The notes under the pieces were generated by a model. It worked only from the letters and a program-made list of their open reading frames with translations. It was not told the DNA's origin and searched no databases. Shown here one piece after another: positions 33,913 to 46,300 of a stretch of 56,842 nt of DNA. How positions within the stretch are numbered: position 1 is the first letter of the stretch; every line of letters begins with the position of its first letter. The stretch comes from an uncultured Syntrophaceae bacterium (GTDB lineage: Bacteria > Desulfobacterota > Syntrophia > Syntrophales > UBA2210). Made by a program: the position numbers and the translations under genes. The DNA lies in assembly GCA_964571315.1 (NCBI GenBank), contig CAZNBR010000003.1:1-56842 (forward strand). The letters are read 5' to 3'.

Positions 33913-36852
33913 ATGGCAACAGAAGGTAAACGCAACCCAAGAAAACAAATATTTTTTAACGGGCAGTGGCTTCCATCCGTGGATCCGCTGGGTGTCGGCG
34001 CGAAAAATTATACAGACATACAGAACTGGCGCTATGGGCAAACCGGTTTGCTTGAAGGCGTCGCAGGTTACAGTAAAATCAATGCAACGCCGCATCCGAG
34101 CTATGTCAAGGGCCGATCAGGCATCCAGTTGCGTTCGCCCTTCGGCGTTTTGTCCCGGACATTGGTTCAAGCATTGACCTTCGACGAAAGCTCATCCGCG
34201 ATCATTCAGACCATCGCACATACTGCATCGGAAGATATTCCCAATCCAAAGGATTTTGAAACCACGCCGCTCTATGTGGATGACGCAGACGCAGGGCTGG
34301 GTCGTTTTTCCAAATGGCCAAATAACCAGATCGCATACTGTAACGGGAAGACGTCGCAGATATACGGTGGCGATGAGATCCCGCCTGCCGCATTCATAAC
34401 GTCATCCGCCGCGGTGACAAGCGCGCTGACAAATCCCCAGAACTTCACGATCGCTGTCCGAAACGCCCTGCAAACAACCGGAAACTATGCCGCAATAGCA
34501 GCCGGAGCCCTTGTCTTTCTCGTCGGTTCGACAAGAAAGTTGTCGGGTATAAAACCATACATAAAAACATACAATGCCGGAGCGGCATCCATCACATGCA
34601 AGGAATGGACCGGAGCGGCCTGGTCGGCGCTGGTCATCACCGACAACACAAACGGGCTGACTGAAGATGGAACGATTACATGGCCGTCCACTGTTTCAAC
34701 ATCTGTGTTAAAACTCCTGGAGAACCGGCTTTTGTACTGGTATCAATTTACCCTGAGCGCAGGGTCTGCGGAGATCTATCAACTTACGGTTGATGCTCCT
34801 TTCCAGCCGGTGCTGGATGTCTGGGACGGAGCACTCCGGCCGGTTATTCAATGCCGCCATTACCATGCCGGAGCCTGGATCGACGACACCATGGCTGTGT
34901 TAGAATCAACCGACGGGATTGCAACGGCAGCAAGCGGCGAAGTGGCAAGCGTCGGGGGCTTGACCAGCGCCGAATATATCGATGTCGGATTATCTGAACG
35001 GACGTGCGCCCTCAATATCATCATGTATGCAAAAGAAACGGGCAAGATCAATACGAACGCCTCGATTCTCAGCGTCGAATACTGGACCGGTTCTGCCTAT
35101 GCCGCCGTCTCCGGTTTTGTCGATCTTACAGATGTATCCGGGAAGACGCTGGCCCAAAGAGGTTTTGTTTCCTGGACACCGCCGGCTTTTGGCGTGGAGA
35201 TGCAAAAAAATCAGTTCGGTCTGACATTGTGGTATTACCGGATCAAGGTTAGCGCAACCCTCTCTGCGGATGTATGGATTGACCAGATACAGGCGATCCC
35301 CGCGCCTCAGTTAAACGCCCTGGGATATAAATTCCCCTTTGTTTATCAGGATCGGCCCATGCTGTGCAACCTGACTTCGACAAACGAGGGCAACAGGGTT
35401 GATTTTCCCATGGCCGGCAGCACGGAGTCGTGGAACGGGGATGATTCCAGCCTGGGTGACGGTAAAGCCCCTCTTTTTTTCCCGGGGCCGGAGGAACTTA
35501 CCTGCGCCGCCGAGGTTTATAACCGGCTCGGAAGCTCTATCTACACCTTCGGAATTTTTCTGAAGGCCCATGCAACTCAACTGCTGCATGGAATCGATAC
35601 AGCTACATATACAATCTACCCTATATCAGACACAATCGGCTGCCCGGCGCCATTAACCCTGGATACCTGTCAGGTATCAGAATCGCAGGAGGCAATGAGC
35701 GCCCGAAGCATCGCTGCGTGGCTATCCTATGCCGGACCATATATGTTTGACGCGGGGGGATTGACCCCGATTCCCGGCCTTGAATGTTACTTCGATCCGA
35801 GTGACTCGCGCCGAATATCTTTCGAAAAAATTGCACGGGCCGTGGGCTGGTTTGACCCCGATTATCCCGAATATAATCTGATCCTGCCAATCAATAACGA
35901 CGCTGTCGTTTCTCCACTGGCAATACAAACGTTCGATGACGCGACGTTATCAGGAACACCGGTCGTGATTCGTTTTTCAGCGGGGGGATTATATCACTAT
36001 GTGGTTGCCTATCCGACCATATCAGCAGTGGAAGGCGGGACCGGCGACGATGCACTCACGAGTCCATATACTCTTGGGGCCGGTGCGGTTTCGGGGTCGA
36101 TGCACACACTGGAGACCGTGTCAGACGGAACGCCGTATTATTTCGAGGCATACCCGGCAGCGGCATCTTCACTGCTCTATGATGGCGCGACAAACACCGT
36201 ACCTGCATATACACCATCGGCCCTGTCCGGAATCCCTCGCATCGCAAAAACTATTGTCAACGGCGTGCCCTATTACTTCAAGATGTACCCGGCAAAGCAG
36301 GCCTCCTCCTTAATCGATTTCTTTGATTCACAATTATGGGTCGTCTACAACATGACTCTGAAACGCTGGTTTCAAAAAGTTCCATCGGGATCCTTTTATA
36401 CATACCCGCAGGCGGGTTTTCGTGTTGCCGATGCCGTCAATAAACAATATGCCATCGGGTGCCGCAATGACGGTTTTTTGATGAGGCTGGAAGATGGAAC
36501 GACCTGGGATGGTGATGATATCGTGCAATCCGTAGCAACAGGGGAATTCCTGCCTACAGAAAGTATTTTTGACCTGGTAAGGATTAAACGTGTGAAACTG
36601 GTCTGTGTTGCAATGGCGGAAGTCCAGACGATGGCCATTGAACATTACGCGGATGGCGCAACGCTCCCCACCACTCTTGCGCCTGTTGCACTCTCCGACG
36701 ACAATCGTCATGTGAGAAAAACACAGCCCGTTAACCTGGACGCATGGACACATAAACTCCGGTTTACGACACATACAAACGCCACCGCCAAGGGCGTTCG
36801 CCCGTTGGTATGGGGATATGAAGACGAAATTTTACGCGATGATGTACATTAA
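33913..36852 (+). CDS. Tail nozzle / tubular protein (podovirus gp10-like)
   Basis: 979-aa beta-rich protein with ISDTIGCPAP and a C-terminal RIKRVKL domain, placed before the ejection genes. Confidence 0.65.
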   Translation: MATEGKRNPRKQIFFNGQWLPSVDPLGVGAKNYTDIQNWRYGQTGLLEGVAGYSKINATPHPSYVKGRSGIQLRSPFGVLSRTLVQALTFDESSSAIIQTIAHTASEDIPNPKDFETTPLYVDDADAGLGRFSKWPNNQIAYCNGKTSQIYGGDEIPPAAFITSSAAVTSALTNPQNFTIAVRNALQTTGNYAAIAAGALVFLVGSTRKLSGIKPYIKTYNAGAASITCKEWTGAAWSALVITDNTNGLTEDGTITWPSTVSTSVLKLLENRLLYWYQFTLSAGSAEIYQLTVDAPFQPVLDVWDGALRPVIQCRHYHAGAWIDDTMAVLESTDGIATAASGEVASVGGLTSAEYIDVGLSERTCALNIIMYAKETGKINTNASILSVEYWTGSAYAAVSGFVDLTDVSGKTLAQRGFVSWTPPAFGVEMQKNQFGLTLWYYRIKVSATLSADVWIDQIQAIPAPQLNALGYKFPFVYQDRPMLCNLTSTNEGNRVDFPMAGSTESWNGDDSSLGDGKAPLFFPGPEELTCAAEVYNRLGSSIYTFGIFLKAHATQLLHGIDTATYTIYPISDTIGCPAPLTLDTCQVSESQEAMSARSIAAWLSYAGPYMFDAGGLTPIPGLECYFDPSDSRRISFEKIARAVGWFDPDYPEYNLILPINNDAVVSPLAIQTFDDATLSGTPVVIRFSAGGLYHYVVAYPTISAVEGGTGDDALTSPYTLGAGAVSGSMHTLETVSDGTPYYFEAYPAAASSLLYDGATNTVPAYTPSALSGIPRIAKTIVNGVPYYFKMYPAKQASSLIDFFDSQLWVVYNMTLKRWFQKVPSGSFYTYPQAGFRVADAVNKQYAIGCRNDGFLMRLEDGTTWDGDDIVQSVATGEFLPTESIFDLVRIKRVKLVCVAMAEVQTMAIEHYADGATLPTTLAPVALSDDNRHVRKTQPVNLDAWTHKLRFTTHTNATAKGVRPLVWGYEDEILRDDVH

Positions 36853-36864
36853 GGAGGAATCACC

Positions 36865-37392
36865 ATGGCAGGAGAAACTATAGAAAATGCCTACGATCTG
36901 GAAAATTCCCTGAGAAGGATAGCACGAACGCCCGTGAGTATGCAGGCTGTGCCCGATACGTCCGGCGTAATCAGAACGTATGCAGCCGGCGAGGCAGAGA
37001 AGGCAACCCAGGAACAGGATTTTGCAAATCGGTTGACTATCGGAGAAAAAGCACTGGCGGAAAAGACCAGGCAGTTTGATACGAATACTGCGGAAAAGAC
37101 CAGACAGTTTGATACGAAAACCGCAGAAGAGACCAGGGGATTGAATGCCAATTACCGGCAGGCAGTGGACATGATGCATACATGGGAGAAGCAGAATAAA
37201 TGGGCCACCGGTCTGGGTTTGTTGAATCTTGGCGTTCAAGGACTGAGTTTTGCAGCCCAGAATGTCGAGTTAAAGAAAACCGAGGAAAAAGCGGCAGAGC
37301 TTGCAAGGAAACATGACGAGCAAATCACACTCTCCAGACTGGCCAATGAGGAACTGCGCCGAGTCGTAAACGCCCATTTGGGAACGAGGTAA
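36865..37392 (+). CDS. Putative ejection / internal virion protein
   Basis: Helical, with 11-aa repeats AEKTRQFDT(N/K)T and a hydrophobic patch. Confidence 0.55.
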   Translation: MAGETIENAYDLENSLRRIARTPVSMQAVPDTSGVIRTYAAGEAEKATQEQDFANRLTIGEKALAEKTRQFDTNTAEKTRQFDTKTAEETRGLNANYRQAVDMMHTWEKQNKWATGLGLLNLGVQGLSFAAQNVELKKTEEKAAELARKHDEQITLSRLANEELRRVVNAHLGTR

Positions 37393-37398
37393 ACTATT

Positions 37399-38712
37399 AT
37401 GCTGAACCTTCCTGAAATCGTAAACCCGCAATACAGTGCCGTGACAGGCTTGAGGCGCAAAGTATCTCCCGCATCACTGCTCCTGGCTCAGTTGCCTGCA
37501 TACCGGGGGCTGGTACAGAGCAATAAGGCGAATGCTTTCGAAGAAAAAAAGCTGGCAGAAGATACACGGCAGGCGGACGTTTCCCTGGCTCAAACGGCAC
37601 AACAGTTTGACACCAGCCAGGCGTTGACAAAAGACATCGCGGCAAAAAATGAGGCGCTTCAAGCACAACAGATGGAAGCCAGTAAGGAACAGGCACAACA
37701 GAGCAATCGCATCCAGTCTGCGGGATTGACACTTACCGGCGCCTATCTGGCGGATAAGACCGGTTTCAGTCTGCGGGACCTTGCCACTTCAAAGACCGCA
37801 CCGACTGTAGCACAAGGAATAACCGGCACAGCCGGGTCGACTGTAGCAGAAAAAATGACCGAAGCAGGTGCGCAAACGGCACTGGCGCAAGGAGTTGGAA
37901 CCCAGGCAACCCAGCAGGCCGGGTTAAATGCCAGTGGTGATATGGCTGCCGCGGGCTGGGCTTCAGGCGGCAGCGGCGCAGTAGCGCAAAGGGCATCTGA
38001 AGAAGCAACTAAGGAGGTAGCTAAAAAGGGTGTTACGGCTGGAACTGGCGTTTCGGCCTCGACCTCCCTTTTTGCCGCAGGAGCGGGGATTGCCACCCAA
38101 TTTGCGACGAATGCGATCATGGACGCCTTGAACATAGGGGGCGAAGAAGACCAGCGACGGGTATCCGCCGCGGCAGGAGGAGCAGTTTCCGGAGCGATTG
38201 TGGGCGCCCAGATTGGCTCGGTCGGCGGCCCGTGGGGCGCGGTCATCGGAGGAGGCGTCGGCCTGGTCGTCAGCGAAATCTTCTGTTTTGTCGCAGGGAC
38301 GCCTGTGTTGATGGCGGATAAATCGACGGTGCCTGTGGAGGATGTGCGGATTGGTGATTGCCTGTATGCGGGAGATGATGTCCTCGGCGTCGGTGTTGTC
38401 CTGGCCGGGAATATCTGCCGGTATAAAGGCGTCCAGGTTGAAGGCGGCCATGCCGTGTTTGAAGACGGACGATGGCTGCGCGTAAAAAACAGCAGTCACG
38501 CAGAGCCGGTTCCAGCAGATCAACCGGTCCGGGTGTACCCTGTGATCACGCAAAATCACCTTATATGTGTCAATGGAATTATTTTTGCCGATCTCTGCGA
38601 GACAGATCAGGGACCTTCGGTATCTGATGACGACCGGCTGGCCTGCCTCAATTCCATGACCATGCGCAATGCCATGCTGGAGGATCTGGAACATGAAATT
38701 AGTGAAATTTGA
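37399..38712 (+). CDS. Putative ejection/pilot protein with glycine-zipper membrane segment and C-terminal Hint domain
   Basis: Ala/Gly/Gln-rich body, GAIVGAQIGSVGGPWGAVIGGGVG, then CFVAGTPVLMAD...VEDVRIGD...GGHAV...VNGIIFAD (38284-38592). Confidence 0.8.
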   Translation: MLNLPEIVNPQYSAVTGLRRKVSPASLLLAQLPAYRGLVQSNKANAFEEKKLAEDTRQADVSLAQTAQQFDTSQALTKDIAAKNEALQAQQMEASKEQAQQSNRIQSAGLTLTGAYLADKTGFSLRDLATSKTAPTVAQGITGTAGSTVAEKMTEAGAQTALAQGVGTQATQQAGLNASGDMAAAGWASGGSGAVAQRASEEATKEVAKKGVTAGTGVSASTSLFAAGAGIATQFATNAIMDALNIGGEEDQRRVSAAAGGAVSGAIVGAQIGSVGGPWGAVIGGGVGLVVSEIFCFVAGTPVLMADKSTVPVEDVRIGDCLYAGDDVLGVGVVLAGNICRYKGVQVEGGHAVFEDGRWLRVKNSSHAEPVPADQPVRVYPVITQNHLICVNGIIFADLCETDQGPSVSDDDRLACLNSMTMRNAMLEDLEHEISEI

Positions 38713-39118
38713 TAAAGCAAAGCATTACCAAAAACTTCTGTCAATCTGGGAACATTATGGCTGGCCACCCTGCCCTATTGCCTTTTTACCGAAGACGGGA
38801 TATGTGGCCCAGCGGGACGACGGAACATTTATCGGCGCGCTTTTCATGTATCTGGTTCCCGGAAGCGTGGCAATGCCCACGTGGGCTACCGGATCAAGAG
38901 AGGTACAGCCGCAGGAAAGACAGGAGGCCTTTGCGCAATTGTTTACTACCCTTAGATCCATTGCCGTCGCGCAGGGGTGCACATTTCTTTATGGCGTAAC
39001 GGCGTCTCCGCCATTTAAAAAAATGATGGAATCCTGGGGGATGTCGCCGGTAGAGGATCATATGCAAAGCTTTATCATGTCCCTGTGCGGTGAGGATACC
39101 GCTTTTTTAAAAGATTGA
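38693..39118 (+). CDS. GNAT-like acetyltransferase (tail module)
   Basis: LPKTGYVA, IGALFMY and AVAQGCTFLYG...MMESWG. GGAGG RBS. Confidence 0.55.
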   Translation: MKLVKFDKAKHYQKLLSIWEHYGWPPCPIAFLPKTGYVAQRDDGTFIGALFMYLVPGSVAMPTWATGSREVQPQERQEAFAQLFTTLRSIAVAQGCTFLYGVTASPPFKKMMESWGMSPVEDHMQSFIMSLCGEDTAFLKD

Positions 39119-39136
39119 TACAAAGGGAGGTTCATT

Positions 39137-40300
39137 ATGCCTAACGTAAATTTTGGATTTGGAAATAACCCCTATGGCGCGGTCCCGGAAGCGTTGAAGG
39201 AAACCCGGCTTTCGCTCCGGGATATCATGGCCGATTACATGGCAACAAAGGTGCGCGAGTCAAACCTGAAACTGGACCTGGCCAAAGTCAATACGGAAAC
39301 GGAGCTGGTTCGAAGCGGAGCGGAAAGGGATAAAATTGCGAACCTCCGAGAGCTGGCCCGGATCGATATCGACAAAGGCCAAGCGGCGGAGGCTGTTCGC
39401 GCTAATCAGGCTCGTGAGAAACTTACTGGAGAGGGTCAAGCGGCGGAGGCTGCATACCGTAAGGACACCCTGACGCAACAGGGCCGGGTGATTCCATCAC
39501 AGATAGCGGAGAACGAAGCGCGGACAAAGTTTGCGGATACGCAGACAGATGTGATCAACCGCGGGCTAGAGAAACAGCCGCTATCATCATGGGCACAGAG
39601 CGAGGGCATCGACCCGGAAATATTAACCGCCATGGGTTTTTCCGACCCGAATGCCTCGTACACACGGAATGACGCCGATAAACTTATGACTCGATTTCGG
39701 GGATATATACCACACTTTGGGATGGCTCTAGCCAATGAGAGGCGAAAGGCCATAGAAAAAGCTCTACCTGCGGCAAACCCGAAAGATATCCCAATGCTGG
39801 AGCAGCAATACAAAAAAGCGGTGGCGCAGGGGGTCATGTACGGGCGGATGACGCAGAAAGACGCTGCATGGTCGGCTAAAGACGAGTCTGCCCTGATTTC
39901 AAAGTTAATATCAGACGGGCAAACAGCCGCGGAGGCCGCACAGACAGTCCAGACAGTCCGGGCGGGATTAAAAGAAATCAAGTCGGCGGGAGACGATTTG
40001 AATTCTGCCCCCGATGCTTTTGAGGTAATGAGAAAAAAGATAGCCGTTGACCCGTTCTTTGATGATAAGACTATAGAAGCTGCAACAATCATTCAGACGT
40101 TAGCGCCGGAAACCCTTCGCGATGCAATAAACAAGCAGCACGAAGATAGAATGAAAAAAGGCGATTACAAGGGCGCCTATGACTACCTGCTCCAGCAGGC
40201 AGAGCTTCTTTCATCGAGGCAGAAATCAGCGGCGGCACCCGCGGTGTCGGATTTGTCGGGTGATGTGAATATGTTATCCGGGGCACCCGGCATATATTAG
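39137..40300 (+). CDS. Putative ejection / internal virion protein
   Basis: Helical and charged (AEAVRANQARE), just upstream of the giant gene. Confidence 0.55.
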   Translation: MPNVNFGFGNNPYGAVPEALKETRLSLRDIMADYMATKVRESNLKLDLAKVNTETELVRSGAERDKIANLRELARIDIDKGQAAEAVRANQAREKLTGEGQAAEAAYRKDTLTQQGRVIPSQIAENEARTKFADTQTDVINRGLEKQPLSSWAQSEGIDPEILTAMGFSDPNASYTRNDADKLMTRFRGYIPHFGMALANERRKAIEKALPAANPKDIPMLEQQYKKAVAQGVMYGRMTQKDAAWSAKDESALISKLISDGQTAAEAAQTVQTVRAGLKEIKSAGDDLNSAPDAFEVMRKKIAVDPFFDDKTIEAATIIQTLAPETLRDAINKQHEDRMKKGDYKGAYDYLLQQAELLSSRQKSAAAPAVSDLSGDVNMLSGAPGIY

Positions 40301-40315
40301 AACAGAGGAATAACG

Positions 40316-43300
40316 ATGCCTGAATCTACTTTTGATTTCGTCGATGTCGTCCGGAAAAGAAATGCTGGTATTTTTTCCCAAGAAACCCAGAATCCCGCCG
40401 CAAATGAAACGCCCGCGGCTGAATCTACTTTTGATTTCGTCGAGGCCGTCCGAAAAAGAAACGCCGGTATTTTTTCCCAAGAGAACGATTCCGGCAGTGA
40501 AAATAAGCCGAAGCCCCCCAAACCACGCGGTATGGTTGCAGAAACCGTCTCCGCACTGGCATCCGGAGTGGTCGGTACCGGCGAGGCTGTGGCGGGAACG
40601 GCGGAGATGATCGGTCTGCCCGGAGCGGGAACGGCGCGGGACTATCTTCAGAATCTCCAGGAAAGCGAAGTCCTGAAACGCCCGGATTACCTTACAGAAG
40701 GGACGGTATGGGAACATCATGAACGCTTGGGCGACTGGCGCTGGTGGGTTCGCAGCGTCGGCGAAAACCTTCCAAATATGGCTGCGATGATGCTGCCGGG
40801 ATATGGCGTCATGCGTGCAGCACGGGCGGCAGACTGGGGAGTTAAGGCCATCCGCGCCGCTTCTCTGGCAGGCTCGTGGGCCGGATCCATGACGGTGGAA
40901 GCAGGAAGCGCATACACCCAGGCAAAACAGGAAATGACACAGGACGGGGCCTATGACGCCGACACCATAGAGCGCATCGCCACCGTGGAAGGTCTGGCAG
41001 CAGGAACTGTCAACAGTCTTCTCGAGCTTCTTCCATTCGACAACCTGTTTCTGAAACAGGCAGGCGCAGACAGGCTGATAAAGCGCTTTGTCCGGCAGGC
41101 ATTTTTAGAGGGTTCGACGGAATCAGCCCAGGAGGCCGTCAATGTTCTGGTGGAAAAGCTGGGGCATAAACCGGAGCAGGAACTGACCGACAACATCGGC
41201 CGGATTCTGGAGTCAGGCATCATTGGCGGAGCGTTAGGAGGCATCGCCGGAGGAACGATTGGAACCAGCGTCCACAAGGCCCAGGTCAAACAGTACAACG
41301 ATCTGGCCGATCAACTTGCCGTCAAGGATATGGTCTTTGCCCTCAAGGATGAAGGGATTTCCGATGAGGACATCTCCCTGCGCCTGGACACCCGGATCAA
41401 CGAGATCCGGACGAAACTCGAAGAGACACCTCCGGGGGCCGACGTCATTACCGGAGGAACCGAAGTCAAGGATATAGCTCAACAAACGATCATTCCCGAA
41501 GTGAACGCAAAAGAGATGGTCAGTTATCTGCTGTATGGAGACGGTAAATATACGCCGCCCCCGGGAATATTCGGCAAAACCGAAACCAGGGCGAAAGAAA
41601 AGGATGCACCGACGCCTGCCGTCAAAACGCAAACAGACCCCGGCTCGGGCGCGCTTTTATCCGGGCCGGCTGCGGGGAAAGACATTGCGCTGGAAGAACC
41701 TCTGGCACAGACAATCGATCAGGTAAGGTCGGCAGAAAACAGGAAGAAAGGAGAGAACCTCTTCGACTTGAGCCTTTCCGACCTGAATGATGAAAATCAA
41801 CAGGCGCTTGAAGAGGCGCGGAAGGCAAAAATTGCCCGCAGAGATGCAGAGGAACAGGCCGCGGCGTCGGAAGACATGCAAGCCCGGAAGATACAGATCG
41901 ATCAGGCCATGGCGAACCGGGACACCTTGCGATCTCAACTCGCGGGCGACGATCCGGCAAAGCAGAAGATCTTCGACGAGACATTCAGCCTTTCTGAAAA
42001 ACGGCTGGTAACGGCCATCGCCGCCTCTCCCGCGGACACACAAAGCCCCGGCCTGGGTCTGATCATCACACCCGACGACAGGGGACTGTATCAGTTGAAC
42101 GGCCAGCCTGTTGATCTCGATGCCATGCGCCCTCTTCTGATAAAAGCCCGGATCGACTCCATCGATGCCAAACGGGAACAGGATATCCGTGACCGGGAAT
42201 CAAATATCCTGAGGGAGGAACGAAACAGGAAACTAAGGGCGGTAACCTATGCCCGAAAAACGTTATCCTTCTGGCCTGCACAGCGACCGTCGGACCAGGA
42301 CATCGCTGTCCTGCAGGAAGAGGCAAGCCAGGGCCGGCTGCCGGAAGACGAAAAAAAGGTTCTGGAAATAATTCTCCAGACGCCCGCAGTCGCAAAGACC
42401 ATCCCGCAGTCGCTTCAGATACTGGGAATTAAATCGAAAAAGACTCCCGTTACAGATGAAGGAATTATATCGGAGGAAGAAAATAAGGACCATGTCAGTC
42501 CGGAGATAGCCACAGAAATAGACATGCAGCACCGGTACCTGCTGAGCCTCATGGAAAGCCAGCTTCAAAACGCAGGCACTGCGGGCCTGGTCGTCCGCCC
42601 CGATGACACGTTTCAAAGAGTAACTGCCGGCGTGGACTGGCTGACCGATGTTAATAAACAGGGAATGTCCCTATCGAAGGACGATGCGCTTACCGTGATC
42701 AAAAAGGCGCAGACCGGCGCAGGCATGACGGAAAAACAGAAAGAAGTTTATGACGCGATCGTTGCCGCAGCATCTGAACGCATCCCCGGCCGGGTCCTGG
42801 AAGAACCGTTCTGGGCGGAAAAGGGGTTTTACCCCGTCCGGGATAAACAGATCGCCGTGAAGGATCTTCTGGAGGGGGACCGGTTTGTCATTGCCGGTGA
42901 AGAATTTACCGTTACCGATATCGACGACCAGGGGAACGTTACCCTGAAAGACGGCACGATCCGGAAAGTAAAAGACGGCACGATCATCAGGGGCGTCGAT
43001 TATTTAAACCAGACGGAGGAAGCAACGGAGTTTAGCCCCGGCAGCAGTGTCCCGGAAACGGCAGCAGAACAGGAGAAACAAGACCAGATTCAAGCACCGG
43101 AAGAAACAGCGAAGGAAGTCACGGCCACGGAGGAAGCAAAGCCTGGACCGAAGACGGGCGATGTTCTCACAGACGACGAGTTCGATGCACTGGCGAGGGA
43201 AGCGCTGGCAGAGATGGAGAAAAAGACGGTTGATCAGGCCGGACCCGAACTGGAAATTAATATCACAAAGCAGACCAGCGGGGTATGGAAAGATGGATAC

Positions 43301-46300
43301 CAGGCAACCGTAAAGGCAGGACCGCATGAAGGGGTTGTCGGTTTCGGACATACCCCGGACGATGCACGGTACGAAGCCGAAAGATCAGTCAAGGATCGTA
43401 TCGCAAAGGGCATCGAGAACCTGCCGAAGAAAACTGCGCCGAACCGGGGTGTAACAACGGCAACCGGCATGAAGCCTGTCACGGCCGCAGTCGCAAAAAA
43501 AGAACCGGCAGAGACAAAGGCATCCGAATCTTTAAAGGAGAAGGCCGAGGGCGCGGCGTTTCAGAAGGAAGATCGCGTTGTATTAAAATCCGGGCGACAT
43601 GGGACGATCAGTAAAGTCGATACGATAGTCATGCAGACGATGTTCGGAGGCAGTCGAACTGTCGACCATTACTATATGGTGAAAATGGATTCCGGTGTGG
43701 AGCTTTCCGCGAGTGAAAAAGATATCACCCGTGAAGTAGGACCCGCACCCACGGCGATTCCCGATATCAATGTTGATGGCGGATTCAAGGAGCCCAGTCA
43801 TGTGCTCTACACCGTAACCTATTCCAAACAGCGGGCAAGGGAGAGCGATGCGGCGGCGCAGCGGGCAAGAAAACCGGAAAACATCCGGGATGCGAGGTCC
43901 CGGGCGGAATCGGCGCGACAAAAAGCCGTGCTATACCAGGAAGCATTCGATGCATGGGCCGCGAAGTATCCGGAGGAGGCGAAGAAATATCTGCCGGAGA
44001 AACGGGCGCAGAGTCAGGGAGTTGCGATCGCGACCGCACAGAGACCGCCCGCCATGGCGGCCACCGTGACCGGGGCACAGAGCCTGGCTGACTTGGGTCT
44101 GGTCGTTACGAAAGGCGCAACCAACACAGGCAAGACCGTATGGAACGTCTCCGGAAACACCAAGGCACATTCAGAGACGATCAAGCGGGCGGGCGGGCGC
44201 TGGTACGGGCCGAAGAAGGTCTGGAGCTTCTACAACGGCGATCCGACGGCGCAACTCCAGGAGGCGCTGGGGATCAAAAAAGACATGATCAAGCCTGCCG
44301 CGTCTCTGGGAAAGGCCGCATCGGAGGTCGCCAAAGGCGTGGCCTCTTCCTATGACGCGATCGCGGAGATCATGAAGCGGGCAGGCAAGGGTCCGATCAG
44401 CATGATGGGCGGCGGCGTCTTCGATGAAGAACTCTATCAGGCGATCAAACCACACCTGCAGGCGACATACGTCCACTTCCGCGCGGCGGCGATCGAAGTC
44501 AAGGAGTGGATGAAGGAGACGGTCAGCCAGTTCACCGCACGCGGATTCGAGGCCCAGGCGATCATCCCGTATATCAAACGATTCTACATGGAGGTGACGG
44601 AAAATGACTTGACAAAAGGCGCGGCCGCCGTTACATTACATACAAAGGAAGGAGAAGCCGGCCATGAAGAAGGAAAAGGAATTTCTCGTGGTGAATCCCC
44701 ATCAGGAACTCTGGCGGTACTGGCAGGAACGCCTGGACTGGATGCTGGAGAACTATCCCGAACGGGTGAAACAACTCTACCAGTCGGGGAAACTGAAGGC
44801 GTATCTGGACAGAAAAGCAGCAGTCGCCTACAAAATGATCTGCAACCTTCTCGACAAGGGGAAGAGCCGGGAAGAGGCCGACGAAGTGGCGAGCCAGTAC
44901 ATCCTGTCGCCGCCGGACGGCCCGGCGTTCCGGGACAACCCGCCGGAGCCGCTGCCGGAGAAACTGGAAAAGGAAATTCAGAAGTGGGCGGACAACCTGC
45001 CCGTCGATCCCGACAACCCAACGGAGATCTGGGTGTAAACACCCGCATCGAACCTGCCGACGTCCTCTTCCATTCCGGGAAGGTAGCCCGGATCAACGCT
45101 AATATCCGCGCCATTGAATTATCAAAAAAACTCGTCACAGAAAAACGCGCCGCAACACCTGCGGAGCAGAAGATCCTTTTGCAATACTCCGGATGGGGCG
45201 CCGTAGCCCAGGACGTTTTTAACCCCGAATTCGCAACCTACATTCAGCATCACGATGAAAATCCCGAGCACTGGCGATACAGAAACCCGGCCTCCTATTT
45301 CAATACGGCCGAGGCCGAAAAGTACGAAGCATGGGAAGCCAAGTATGGGCGGAAACTCCATCCGTTGCTGGGCGGAATATTGACTGCGGAGGAGTGGAAG
45401 TCCGCCGAGGCCTCGACGCTAAACGCCCACTATACGTCGAGAGAGGTAATCGAGCATGGGTTATGGGGCTCGGGGCGCAGACTCGGATTCGAGGGAGGAA
45501 GGGTTCTGGAACCTGCGGCAGGGATCGGTCATATCCTGGGCTTAATACCCGCCGACTTCGCCGGACGGGTTCAACTTCAGGGCGTGGAACTTGACAGGAT
45601 GAGCGGGCAGATTCTCTCCCAGCTCTACCCGCAGGCCGATATCCAGATCACCGGCTTCGAAAAAGCGCAGGGTATCCCCGACAATTCCGTGGACCTGGTC
45701 ATCTCCAATTTTCCCTTCGGGAACTACCCGATCACCGATACTGCGCACCCCGCCTATTCCGGCTGGTCGATTCACAACTATTTCTTTGCCCGGTCCGTTG
45801 ATGCGCTCCGCCCCGGCGGTGTCGTAATCGCGATCACGTCGCGCTACACGATGGATTCAACGAAAAACGGGAAGGCGCGTGAACTCCTGGCCGACAAGGC
45901 TGACCTGGTCGGCGCGATACGCCTGCCAAACAATGCCTTCGGAAAGAACGCCGGAACGGATGTTACGACGGACATCATCATTCTCCGGAAAAAGACGGCA
46001 GAAGCCTATCGGGACAGGAACGCATGGAGGACCACCGCACCAGTCAAAACGATGGATGGAACGGATGTGTCGATCAACGAGTATTTTGCGCAGCACCCCG
46101 AGATGGTCCTTGGGAAGCACTCCATGGCCGGGACGATGTACGGAGGCAAGGAAGAATACACACTTGCCCCCGATGATAGCAGGCCGCTGACAGAACAGAT
46201 CGACGAGGCCGTCGTCCGGCTGCCGCAGGGGATTTTTACCGCAGAGAACGCCACTGAACCGGCCGCGATACAGCGGGCGGAAGCGGGGACCAAAGCCGGG

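Noticed and set aside
45700-45720. NFPF instead of NPPY/F as a sign of an inactive methyltransferase
   Set aside because: DarB-like MTases commonly vary at the second position (e.g. NVPF), so it is not evidence of inactivation.
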